Source: a virus
Virus record (IMG/VR): IMGVR_UViG_3300024999_000044
Coordinates: 128,001 to 141,863 of that record
Reading direction: 5' to 3' (one strand)
Length of the DNA: 13,863 nucleotides
Part shown: positions 1 to 7,078 of the stretch, piece by piece
Layout of the letters: each line of letters begins with the position of its first letter
How positions within the stretch are numbered: position 1 is the stretch's first letter
Notes under the pieces: generated by a model
Told to the model about the DNA's origin: nothing
Seen by the model: only the letters and a program-made list of their open reading frames with translations
The model's database searches: none
Made by a program: the position numbers and the translations under genes

Positions 1-1
1 G

Positions 2-919
2 CTGCCATATAATTCTAACATGGCGCAGTTTTCAGATAACGGTATAGATTTTCATGCTCCCTATGGGGAAAGATTGAGATCATGGAATAAATGCAATGCT
101 GAAGGATTTGTGTTCAATCCACTGGATCAGCTTGTTGATGTGTACAAAAAAATACAAGCTGACAAGGATACCCGGCAAGCTGTAGCAGTGATATACAATC
201 CGCTGTTTGATAATAACTTTATTGAGACTAAAGACCGTCCATGCAATATGATTTTGACTTTTAAGGTCCGTAAAAACAAACTTGAGATGGTGGTATTTAA
301 CCGCAGTAATGATCTGCATTGGGGACTTTTCGGTGCTAATCTGTGCCAATTTTCCACTATACAGGAGGTTATGGCCTCATGGTTAGGTATTGAAGCAGGC
401 ACTTATACTCACTTTACAGATTCTCTCCATGTATATCTTGAGGATTATGGAAGTGACATATCAAAGGAAATAACGGATTGTGAACAATGGGATGTTCCAG
501 CAATCGGCAATCCCAGGATTAGTAGCAGTTTTGAGGAGTTTCATAGATTGCTGTCTTACTTTGAAACGGATATTAACCCTTTGATACGGAATATAAAGCA
601 GCTAGATGGGGCAGAAAGCATTTTGAGGGCTGTGAGTAAAGTGAGAGACCCTTACCTTGTCACTACATTTCTTGCCATGGCTGCTTACAGAGCATATAAC
701 CTGAGTTTGTTTGAACCTATGAGAGAATTTTTAGATGCACTGCCCCATGGTCAATGGAGAATATCATGTCTCAGATTCTTATCTTCCAAGTATGGTAAAT
801 TTAATGAATCTAGTCACTCTCCAAAACTAACCAACTTTGATCAGGATTTCCTAAACCTATTCTCCAGTTATCCTGAGGAAGTGAAAGATTATATCATGCG
901 TACTGACATCAAGGCGTAA
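2..919 (+). CDS. Thymidylate synthase-family enzyme (ThyA / dUMP hydroxymethylase-like). 5'-partial: the N-terminal ~90 aa lie upstream of the window. Carries a ~100 aa C-terminal extension.
   Basis: The translation has ThyA-family landmarks in the right order. YGERLRSW matches YGxQWRxW. DTRQAVAVIYNP matches the DSRRxIxSAWNP loop. RPCNMILTFKV contains the catalytic-Cys P-C motif. FNRSNDLHWGLFGANL matches YQRSxDxxLGxPFN. DSLHVY matches GDxHxY. There is no in-frame stop between window position 2 and the first ATG at 20, and the ThyA N-terminal third is absent, so the gene is truncated by the window edge. About 155 aa follow the HxY motif, against about 55 in E. coli ThyA. The stop is TAA at 917-919. 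Confidence 0.8.
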   Translation: MPYNSNMAQFSDNGIDFHAPYGERLRSWNKCNAEGFVFNPLDQLVDVYKKIQADKDTRQAVAVIYNPLFDNNFIETKDRPCNMILTFKVRKNKLEMVVFNRSNDLHWGLFGANLCQFSTIQEVMASWLGIEAGTYTHFTDSLHVYLEDYGSDISKEITDCEQWDVPAIGNPRISSSFEEFHRLLSYFETDINPLIRNIKQLDGAESILRAVSKVRDPYLVTTFLAMAAYRAYNLSLFEPMREFLDALPHGQWRISCLRFLSSKYGKFNESSHSPKLTNFDQDFLNLFSSYPEEVKDYIMRTDIKA

Positions 920-944
920 AATTTCAAGGGGTTGGTTTTTTATT

Positions 945-971
945 AGGAGGGGTTCGCCCCTCCTAATTTTA
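945..971 (+). terminator. Rho-independent terminator or attenuator-like hairpin directly after the ThyA-like gene
   Basis: aggagggg-ttcg-cccctcct is an 8-bp G/C-rich stem with a UUCG tetraloop. It is followed by aatttta. Only 14 nt separate it from the next start codon, so partial read-through is likely. Confidence 0.55.
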
Positions 972-985
972 TACGGAGGTGTACT

Positions 986-1396
986 GTGAAAATACATGTT
1001 GGTGGCAAGAACATAGTGGCAGTTGATTTTGATGGGACTATAACGGAAATAGTGGGAAATGGATATCATGTTGGATATACCTTGAAACTCAGGAGGCACT
1101 GCAAAGAGGTGTTACTAGATCTCCACCGTAATGGAGTAAGACTGATCCTATGGACTTGCAGGACAGGAGTAGCGTTAGAGGAAGCGATCCTCTTTTTAAA
1201 AGAGGAGGGACTTTTTCATGTGTTTAGTTCTGTTAATGATCATCTACCTGAGGTAATTGAGGAATGGTTATTAAAGGGCTGTGAGTTATCAAGAAAGGTG
1301 TATGCTGATGTGTACATTGATGACCATAACCAAACACAAGAACTGGATTGGCATGCAATAGAAGATCAATTATGGAAGAAATGGGGAAGGTATTAA
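986..1396 (+). CDS. Small HAD-superfamily phosphatase (candidate 5'-(deoxy)nucleotidase)
   Basis: GTG start at 986 with SD ggagg at 975-979, spacer 6. All four HAD motifs are present in order. Motif I is VAVDFDGTIT (DxDGT). Motif II is ILWTCRTG (Thr). Motif III is SRKVYAD (Lys). Motif IV is VYIDDHN (DD). The protein is 136 aa with no cap domain. Confidence 0.75.
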   Translation: MKIHVGGKNIVAVDFDGTITEIVGNGYHVGYTLKLRRHCKEVLLDLHRNGVRLILWTCRTGVALEEAILFLKEEGLFHVFSSVNDHLPEVIEEWLLKGCELSRKVYADVYIDDHNQTQELDWHAIEDQLWKKWGRY

Positions 1397-1921
1397 ATGG
1401 AATATAGCAATGAGTACCATAATCGTTGCAATGCATCACAACATCCTGAGGGAGACTTTAACCAAGATACTACACCCAGCGACCTGACGCAAAATGATTT
1501 CACTAAGTTGTTCGAGAGTTTAAAGTGGTTAAAAGATATGAATCCTAGATCAGACAATCAAGCCATGCAGGAAATTATACCACTCTTACTTGCTGTTCAG
1601 TATGATAAAGAGGGTTCATACGGGAACAGCTGGTGTAAGCACGGTGAAGTAAGATCCATCTTGCCAAATATTGATCGTAAGTACGACAGATTAGACACTA
1701 TAGTGCAGTCAGAACTAAATGGTTCCAGACCTAAATTACCTAACAACAGGCCATCGAGCATGTCAAATGAACAATTTGACAGCTTAGTGGGAGAGAGCAA
1801 AATTGATGCGGTTGCGGATTTAGCTAACTATTGTATTTTATATATGGGGTGGTTAAAGAAAAATTACCCAGATGCCTTTGACACATGGGTAAGGAAAAAT
1901 GTTCCTGGGTATGCTTGGTAA
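1397..1921 (+). CDS. Hypothetical protein; possible all-alpha NTP-pyrophosphatase-like (MazG / DUF1599-like) fold
   Basis: ATG at 1397 abuts the TAA of the HAD gene. SD gaagg at 1386-1390, spacer 6. The string YGNSWCKHGEVRSILPNIDRKYDRLDTIV followed by IDAVADLANYCILYMGWL resembles, from memory, the YGxSW...G...DKxxRL / DxLxDLxNY pattern of DUF1599 / MazG-like proteins. No EExxE motif was identified, so the assignment is tentative. Confidence 0.5.
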   Translation: MEYSNEYHNRCNASQHPEGDFNQDTTPSDLTQNDFTKLFESLKWLKDMNPRSDNQAMQEIIPLLLAVQYDKEGSYGNSWCKHGEVRSILPNIDRKYDRLDTIVQSELNGSRPKLPNNRPSSMSNEQFDSLVGESKIDAVADLANYCILYMGWLKKNYPDAFDTWVRKNVPGYAW

Positions 1922-2107
1922 AAGTATAACTGCCCCTTTCTTCCATCAACGTAATACCCCAGGTACAACAAAAATGTTTTAACATGTCTGGGGAGAGGAT
2001 TTTTCTGTGGGTGGTTTTTTAAGTCAGAAGGGTCACAGCAAGAGAACTTACTTAATATGTGAGGGAAACCTGAGTGCGCCACTATAACAATATTAGGGGG
2101 AAGCAAA

Positions 2108-2452
2108 ATGAATAAGCAGGACATAGTGAAAGCCATTTCCAAAGACACCGGACTTACCCAAGTATCAATCAATAAAACAATTTCTTCGCTAGAGAAATTG
2201 GTGGGGGAACTCTTAGCTCAAGGTGAGAGAGCCCAGCTTACCGGATTTGTAACTTTTAAACCTGTATACCGTGCGGCTCGTAAGGGCTTTGATCCCATTA
2301 ATAAGGTTCCTATGGATATCGCTCCTGCAATCGGTGTATCGGTCAAGGCCGGGGATAAGATTCGTAAGGCCACTGAGGGCTTGGACGTATCTAAGTTTGC
2401 ACCTGCTCCAGGTGAGGTAATCGAACCTGAAGAGGACGAAACAGTAGTTTAA
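2108..2452 (+). CDS. HU/IHF-family (type II) DNA-binding protein, TF1-like, with an acidic C-terminal tail
   Basis: SD aggggg at 2095-2100, spacer 7. The N-terminus MNKQDIVKAISKDTGLTQVS is typical of HU. The arm region GFVTFKPVYRAARKGFDPINKVPMDIAPAIGVSVKAG matches the HU/IHF beta-arm consensus. From memory, the DTGLTQVS, QLTGF, KPVxRxARKGF, IAPxxGVSVKxG and KAxEGL strings are nearly the same as phage SPO1 TF1. The tail PEEDETVV is acidic. Confidence 0.85.
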   Translation: MNKQDIVKAISKDTGLTQVSINKTISSLEKLVGELLAQGERAQLTGFVTFKPVYRAARKGFDPINKVPMDIAPAIGVSVKAGDKIRKATEGLDVSKFAPAPGEVIEPEEDETVV

Positions 2453-2479
2453 TACTAAATTTAAGTGACCGCCGGCTTT

Positions 2480-2506
2480 AAACCCCTAAGTAATACTTAG
2501 GGGTTT
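2480..2506 (+). terminator. Perfect 12-13 bp hairpin downstream of the HU gene (weak terminator or RNA stability element)
   Basis: aaacccctaagt-aat-acttaggggttt is a perfect inverted repeat. The T-run tttttat lies about 20 nt downstream rather than adjacent, so intrinsic termination is uncertain. Confidence 0.4.
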
Positions 2507-2530
2507 CCTAATGCCCGAATAATTTTTATG

Positions 2531-2547
2531 TATATAAAGGAGTGGTG
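2531..2547 (+). promoter_or_regulatory. Conserved tatataaagg-N-(a)gtggtg / aggtg element overlapping the Nudix RBS (copy 1 of 2)
   Basis: tatataaaggagtggtg is at 2531-2547 and the ATG is at 2551. The same 10-mer plus ggtg recurs at 8611-8626 in front of the HD gene. It is AT-rich, resembles a -10 box and the T4 late promoter TATAAATA, and is fused to a Shine-Dalgarno sequence. Confidence 0.35.
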
Positions 2548-2550
2548 CAT

Positions 2551-3126
2551 ATGAATTTGGAAACTTTATGGAAAAATAAGTGGATTTCAATACGTAAGAG
2601 ATCGGATGGGTATACCTATTTACACGAGGACAAATGCAACGGCATGTTGGTGGCCATCTTACCATTTAAATTTCTGGCAAGGGATGAAATGTGCTATCTT
2701 GCTAGGTTTGAAGTTATACCACCACATTTACTGACAGATCAAACATTGCAGGAAGCATCAAAAAATCCACCACCCTCCTGTATCACAGGTGGTGTGGATA
2801 TACCAGATCCTCTTGATCTAGATAGGGAAGTGTTAAGAGAGTTAGAAGAGGAAGCTGGGTATATAGTAGACAAGAGTAAACTAATTTCATTAGGGTCTAT
2901 TAACCAATCTAAGATAGCAGATACAATAATTTACTTGTTCGCTGTAAATGTAACTGGTCTTGGTAAGATTAAACCATTAGGGGACGGCAGTAAATTAGAA
3001 AAAACTGCCAAATGTAAATGGATCACAGAACCATTGGCAATATGGGGATCTGACCCTCTTATGCCAGTTATTTTATTAAGGTTAAAAAATGCAGTAAACA
3101 ATAAGAAGATGTTGATCAAGGGATAA
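2551..3126 (+). CDS. Nudix hydrolase (ADP-ribose / nucleoside-diphosphate pyrophosphatase-like)
   Basis: ATG at 2551 with SD aggag at 2538-2542, spacer 8. The ORF track's 2542 start is a GTG 3 codons upstream. Nudix box: GGVDIPDPLDLDREVLRELEEEAGY matches REUxEExGU exactly and Gx5Ex7 approximately. The N-terminal WISIRKRSDGYTYL...GMLVAILPF is typical of NudF-like enzymes. Confidence 0.8.
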   Translation: MNLETLWKNKWISIRKRSDGYTYLHEDKCNGMLVAILPFKFLARDEMCYLARFEVIPPHLLTDQTLQEASKNPPPSCITGGVDIPDPLDLDREVLRELEEEAGYIVDKSKLISLGSINQSKIADTIIYLFAVNVTGLGKIKPLGDGSKLEKTAKCKWITEPLAIWGSDPLMPVILLRLKNAVNNKKMLIKG

Positions 3127-3182
3127 GTTTATATACCTACTATATGTGGGTATTTTTATGTCAGGAGTGAAGTTTTGGAGTT

Positions 3183-3214
3183 CCCTCCTTTTTAATAAAA
3201 AGGGGGAGTTTACA
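3183..3214 (+). terminator. Rho-independent terminator after the Nudix gene
   Basis: ccctccttttt-aat-aaaaagggggag forms a stem of about 10 bp with one G-U pair. It is followed by tttacatt. Confidence 0.5.
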
Positions 3215-3373
3215 TTATGTCATGCCTATGGGCAAATTTGACTGTGAAAGTGGGAGGTATCAATGTTACTCAAGTGGTGATGGGTGTGTATTTATGATGC
3301 CAGATTCCAAAGCCAAAGCATGTGCTGATAGATATGGGGAAGGACCCGATGCAACTAATGAGGAGGAATAATA

Positions 3374-3829
3374 ATGTTTCCAATACAAATACATCAGTTG
3401 GAACCCAAGGTAGTATCTACATTTGTGCGCACTGATAACACCTCTATAAAGGCTGCGCCTAGAGTTAAGTGGTCTAAACGTAATCGAGACAAAGTAACTA
3501 AACTCATGAAGCAGATCGGTAAGCTGCGTAAAGAAGGTCTATTGGAGTATGAAAGGGTGTGTTCCGAAAGAATTGAGTACAGACCCATTACTATAGATCT
3601 AGACAGACTATCGGAGTTTATGCATGACAGGTTGCGATATTTTCATGCTAAGGAACATGTTGAGATAGAGACTATCATTATGGGTAAAAGGTATTATCAG
3701 CATTATATTGATGGGGTGGTTAAATCTTCATTCTATGTGCCAATAGCCAAGTATAATTTCAGTGGCATAAGGGTGCTAATTGATCCCCTAATTGATGGTA
3801 TGGTTTTTGTGAGAAAGGAAACTACATGA
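3374..3829 (+). CDS. Hypothetical protein (151 aa), first gene of a translationally coupled trio ending in the DNA polymerase
   Basis: Strong SD aggagg at 3361-3366, spacer 7. No recognisable motif. The TGA at 3827-3829 overlaps the ATG at 3826 of the next ORF (ATGA). Confidence 0.65.
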   Translation: MFPIQIHQLEPKVVSTFVRTDNTSIKAAPRVKWSKRNRDKVTKLMKQIGKLRKEGLLEYERVCSERIEYRPITIDLDRLSEFMHDRLRYFHAKEHVEIETIIMGKRYYQHYIDGVVKSSFYVPIAKYNFSGIRVLIDPLIDGMVFVRKETT

Positions 3830-4005
3830 TTAAGATAGAAGAAGATGGTAAGAGTTTTTGTAACTGTTGTGATGCCAGAGACACTAATAATCCTAAAAGA
3901 GTATTGTTTGTAAGGGGAAGTTCTAATGCTATAGCTCTTACTCTCTGTAAGACTTGCAGGGAAGACTTATTAGACCTACTTCTAAAAGAAGGAGGACACA
4001 TATGA
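3826..4005 (+). CDS. Small zinc-ribbon protein (59 aa), absent from the ORF track
   Basis: The translation is MIKIEEDGKSFCNCCDARDTNNPKRVLFVRGSSNAIALTLCKTCREDLLDLLLKEGGHI. It has two Cys pairs (CNCC and CKTC) separated by 25 residues. SD-like gagaaaggaa at 3811-3820. ATGA overlap at both ends: with the upstream ORF at 3826-3829 and with the polymerase start at 4002-4005. Confidence 0.5.
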   Translation: MIKIEEDGKSFCNCCDARDTNNPKRVLFVRGSSNAIALTLCKTCREDLLDLLLKEGGHI

Positions 4006-6800
4006 GTTGCACTGAATGTAAATTACACACCCAGTGTAAGAATGTAAGACAAATGGGGTCTGGAAAGAAATCTGCTAGAATCATGGTAGTATCTGAATCA
4101 CCATACCAGACCGAGAATTTAAGGAACCAGCATATGTCAGGTAAGGGTGGAAGGTTACTTAGGGCATTACTTTCTGATGTGGAAATAGATCTTGATGATG
4201 TGTATTTCACAACAGTAGTTAAGTGCTCCACCCCAGAGGATAGACTGCCAAAACCTGATGAAATAGATGCATGCAAAGATTACTTACTATCTGAAATAGA
4301 TGTGATCCAGCCTGAGATTATTGTGCCGACAGGTAACATAAGTATGAAGGTAACTATGGGGCTTGTTGGTATCACTAAGCACAGAGGTAAAATGATAGAA
4401 AAAGACGGGATTAAATATTTTCCCATCATTCACCCCAACTTTGTGTTGAAGCAGCCAAAATGGCTAGAAATTTTTGGCAAGGACATAGAGAACCTGTCGA
4501 TCATCCTGAATGGAAGGGACATGGATCAAGAAGGTTCTCAGCCAGAGGAACGTAGATATTGTGACACGTATGAAGAAGCTATTGATGAGTTGTGGAGATT
4601 GATAAAGCTACCACCTTCACGTATAGTAGTGGACATAGAGGCAAAAAACTTAAATCCTTGGAAGGCAGATTCTAAGGTACTCAGTATCGGATTCTCTGAC
4701 AGACCAGGATATGCAAGTGTAATATGTCTTTATCATCGGGACACCCCTTTTACAGGTAACCAAATAGGAACCATGGTAAAGTTTCTGAGATTCTTGTTTC
4801 AGAACACTCTACATGAGTTTATTGAGCAGTATGGTAAGTTTGACACTAAATATCTCCTTATCAGTCTAGGTATTGTGACCATCAATTTTAAGTGGGACCC
4901 TATGCTAATGCATTATATTGGAGTCACTGAGGAAAGTGGTACTCATGGTTTAAAAGACTTCGCATGGCAATACACCAATAAAGGTGGGTATGACAACGAA
5001 TTAGATGATTTTAAGAAGACGCTGCCAGAAAAGGATAGATACAATTACGACCTGATTCCTTGGAACATATTAAAGCCTTACAATGGCATGGACTGTGATG
5101 TAACCTACAGGGTGTTTGATCAACTACTCCCTGTAATAGAAGATGGGGATGAAGACATTAGATGGTTGTACCATAACATCATGATACCAGGATCTATGGC
5201 TTTACAAACCATCGAAATTAATGGAATGTATGTAGATACTAAATGGTTAGATTTTCTAAACGAAAAATACCCAGAAGAGATTGAGAGGATATCTGACAAA
5301 TTACATCAGTTCCCTGAGGTTCTTTCAGTAGAAAGAGAGTATGATAGTAAATGGGAAGAAAGATGTAATATTGGGCTTATAAAGAAAGCTGTGCGCACAG
5401 AGGAACAGCAGGATAAATTTGAAAAGTACAAGAGGTATGATCCATCTAAGAGGGGAAACAAGTTCAAATTTAGCTCTACTCAGCAGTTGCAGGAACTCCT
5501 GTATGTCCGTCTCGGACTGAGGGGTGAGATGCTAACTGAGAAGGGTGAGGATTTTCGTAAGGAAAATGGCATAAGCATGAAGAGATTAAAGGAGCTACCC
5601 TACACATGTTTTAGCACTAGTGATGATGCTCTAAAGGGGTTGGCTAAACAACACCCTATGCCAGAAATACTGCAAGAATTTAGGAAAGCTAACCATCTAA
5701 TGAACAACTTTGTAAGGGGTATGTATGAAAACTTAACTCCAGATGGTCTTGTACACCCCACTATGAATATTCATGGCACAGCCACTGGACGTACTAGCTC
5801 CAATGACCCTAACGCCCAGCAATTCCCACGCAAGGTCAGTAGTCCCCTTCTGTTTCAATATCACCATGAAATAAAAAGATTATTTGTCTCTCGCTTTGGG
5901 GAAGATGGGGTAATCATACAATTAGACTATTCTCAGGTGGAAGTAAGAATCTTAGCGGTGTTGGCAGATGATGATGTCCTTAAGAATTTGTTTAAAAGTG
6001 GTATTGACATCCATATTGATAATGCTTCAGATGCATTCGGTATCCCTGCCAGCGAAGTCACTAAAGACCAACGTACAGCCAGTAAAAAAGTTACCTTTGG
6101 CATCATCTATCAAGAATCTCCACAAGGCTTATCTGATGACTTAAAAATGGAAGGAATCATAATGTCTAAGGCGGAGTGTGCTGATTTCATTGCTAAGTGG
6201 TTTAAGAAATTTGTTAAGAGCGATAAATGGATTAAAAACACTAAGAGAATGGTCAGAATAGAAAAGCAGGTTAAAAATGCTTTAGGTCGTATACGCCACC
6301 TGCCAACTATTGATTCCACTGAAGATTCAATACGAGGGGAGGCTGAACGCCAAGCCTGCAATAGTCCTATCCAATCTACATCCGCTGACATAACCTTAAT
6401 GGCATTAATCCAAATAAACAAATGGTTAAAAGATACCAACAAGCGTTCTGTTATATTTGTAACAGTTCATGACTCTATCGGTTTAGACTGCCCCAAAGAT
6501 GAAGTATTAGAAGTATCCTCGCATGTTAAGTACATTATGGAGAATATCTCAGAATACAATGAGAAGTATAAATTCCTAGGAGATATGCCTCTTGTGGTAG
6601 ATCTAGAAATCGGGTATGACTACGGGACCTTATATGAGTGCAAGGGGTATAATCTAGAAGAGATTGGGGTAGACAATTTTATCCAATCTCAACAAGCTAA
6701 GAAAGCTGCAAAGGAACAAGAGGCGTATTCTAAGGCTGAAGCTTCTGGCACCATAATACCAAAATTTGCATACTCATACTGGAACAAGGTTTCTTCATAG
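4002..6800 (+). CDS. DNA polymerase I-type (family A) with an N-terminal degenerate uracil-DNA-glycosylase family-4 domain and an active-looking 3'-5' exonuclease domain (SPO1-type polymerase architecture)
   Basis: Preferred start is ATG 4002 (SD aggagg at 3990-3995, spacer 6, ATGA coupling). The ORF track's ATG 3954 has no SD. UDG4-like N-terminal domain: CTECKLHTQC plus VVKCSTPEDRLP...DAC correspond to the Fe-S Cys ligands and vkCRPPxNRxPxxxExxxC. MVVSESPYQTE replaces GEGPGxxE. GKGGRLL corresponds to GxAGxLL. IHPNFVLK corresponds to HPSxxLR. 3'-5' exonuclease motifs: ExoI VVDIEAKNL, ExoII YGKFDTKYLL, ExoIII YNGMDCDVTYRVF. Polymerase motifs: A is LDYSQVEVRILAVLADDD, B is RTASKKVTFGIIYQESPQGL, C is VTVHDSIGLD. 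Confidence 0.9.
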   Translation: MSCTECKLHTQCKNVRQMGSGKKSARIMVVSESPYQTENLRNQHMSGKGGRLLRALLSDVEIDLDDVYFTTVVKCSTPEDRLPKPDEIDACKDYLLSEIDVIQPEIIVPTGNISMKVTMGLVGITKHRGKMIEKDGIKYFPIIHPNFVLKQPKWLEIFGKDIENLSIILNGRDMDQEGSQPEERRYCDTYEEAIDELWRLIKLPPSRIVVDIEAKNLNPWKADSKVLSIGFSDRPGYASVICLYHRDTPFTGNQIGTMVKFLRFLFQNTLHEFIEQYGKFDTKYLLISLGIVTINFKWDPMLMHYIGVTEESGTHGLKDFAWQYTNKGGYDNELDDFKKTLPEKDRYNYDLIPWNILKPYNGMDCDVTYRVFDQLLPVIEDGDEDIRWLYHNIMIPGSMALQTIEINGMYVDTKWLDFLNEKYPEEIERISDKLHQFPEVLSVEREYDSKWEERCNIGLIKKAVRTEEQQDKFEKYKRYDPSKRGNKFKFSSTQQLQELLYVRLGLRGEMLTEKGEDFRKENGISMKRLKELPYTCFSTSDDALKGLAKQHPMPEILQEFRKANHLMNNFVRGMYENLTPDGLVHPTMNIHGTATGRTSSNDPNAQQFPRKVSSPLLFQYHHEIKRLFVSRFGEDGVIIQLDYSQVEVRILAVLADDDVLKNLFKSGIDIHIDNASDAFGIPASEVTKDQRTASKKVTFGIIYQESPQGLSDDLKMEGIIMSKAECADFIAKWFKKFVKSDKWIKNTKRMVRIEKQVKNALGRIRHLPTIDSTEDSIRGEAERQACNSPIQSTSADITLMALIQINKWLKDTNKRSVIFVTVHDSIGLDCPKDEVLEVSSHVKYIMENISEYNEKYKFLGDMPLVVDLEIGYDYGTLYECKGYNLEEIGVDNFIQSQQAKKAAKEQEAYSKAEASGTIIPKFAYSYWNKVSS

Positions 6801-6900
6801 TCAGGAACACCAATTATATCCCTAACCCTTAAGAATCAAACGGAACCTTTCGGAGTAAACTTTTTGAAACGAGGTTTTGGAGTATCCTTAATAGGGGGGA

Positions 6901-7059
6901 ATGATGAGTTTGGTGGAAAAGAAAATATATCACTTGGTTAACAGCAGCAATAGCATACGGGTTAAGTGTACTGAAAAATATCTGCCACATTGGCTGGCTC
7001 GTGGATTCGAGGTGGAATTCATAGAATTTAAGAACGTAGATTTGTCACAGGATAATTAG
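6901..7059 (+). CDS. Small hypothetical ORF (52 aa) between the polymerase and its terminator, absent from the ORF track
   Basis: ATGATG at 6901/6904 is preceded by gggggga at 6894-6900. The translation is MMSLVEKKIYHLVNSSNSIRVKCTEKYLPHWLARGFEVEFIEFKNVDLSQDN, ending TAG 7057-7059. A strong terminator follows 20 nt later. No homology is recognisable. Confidence 0.3.
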   Translation: MMSLVEKKIYHLVNSSNSIRVKCTEKYLPHWLARGFEVEFIEFKNVDLSQDN

Positions 7060-7078
7060 TATAAGTTTTCTTACGAAA

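Noticed and set aside
1922-2107. Possible tRNA, small RNA or promoter in the 185-bp spacer before the HU gene
   Set aside because: There is no cloverleaf or GTTC-type T-arm. Only a weak ccccag…ctgggg inverted repeat with a 25-nt loop is present, and there is no convincing -35/-10 pair. Nothing is supportable.
3954-4001. The ORF track's upstream ATG (MQGRLIRPTSKRRRTH…) as the polymerase start
   Set aside because: It has no Shine-Dalgarno. ATG 4002 has aggagg at spacer 6 and forms an ATGA overlap with the upstream zinc-ribbon ORF. The 3954 start would also overlap that ORF out of frame for 52 nt.
6864-6892. Sigma-70-like promoter ttgaaa-N17-cttaat upstream of the 52-aa ORF
   Set aside because: The -10 is poor (4/6). 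A transcript started from it would begin at about 6899. That would exclude the ORF's own RBS (6894-6900), so the two calls are mutually inconsistent.
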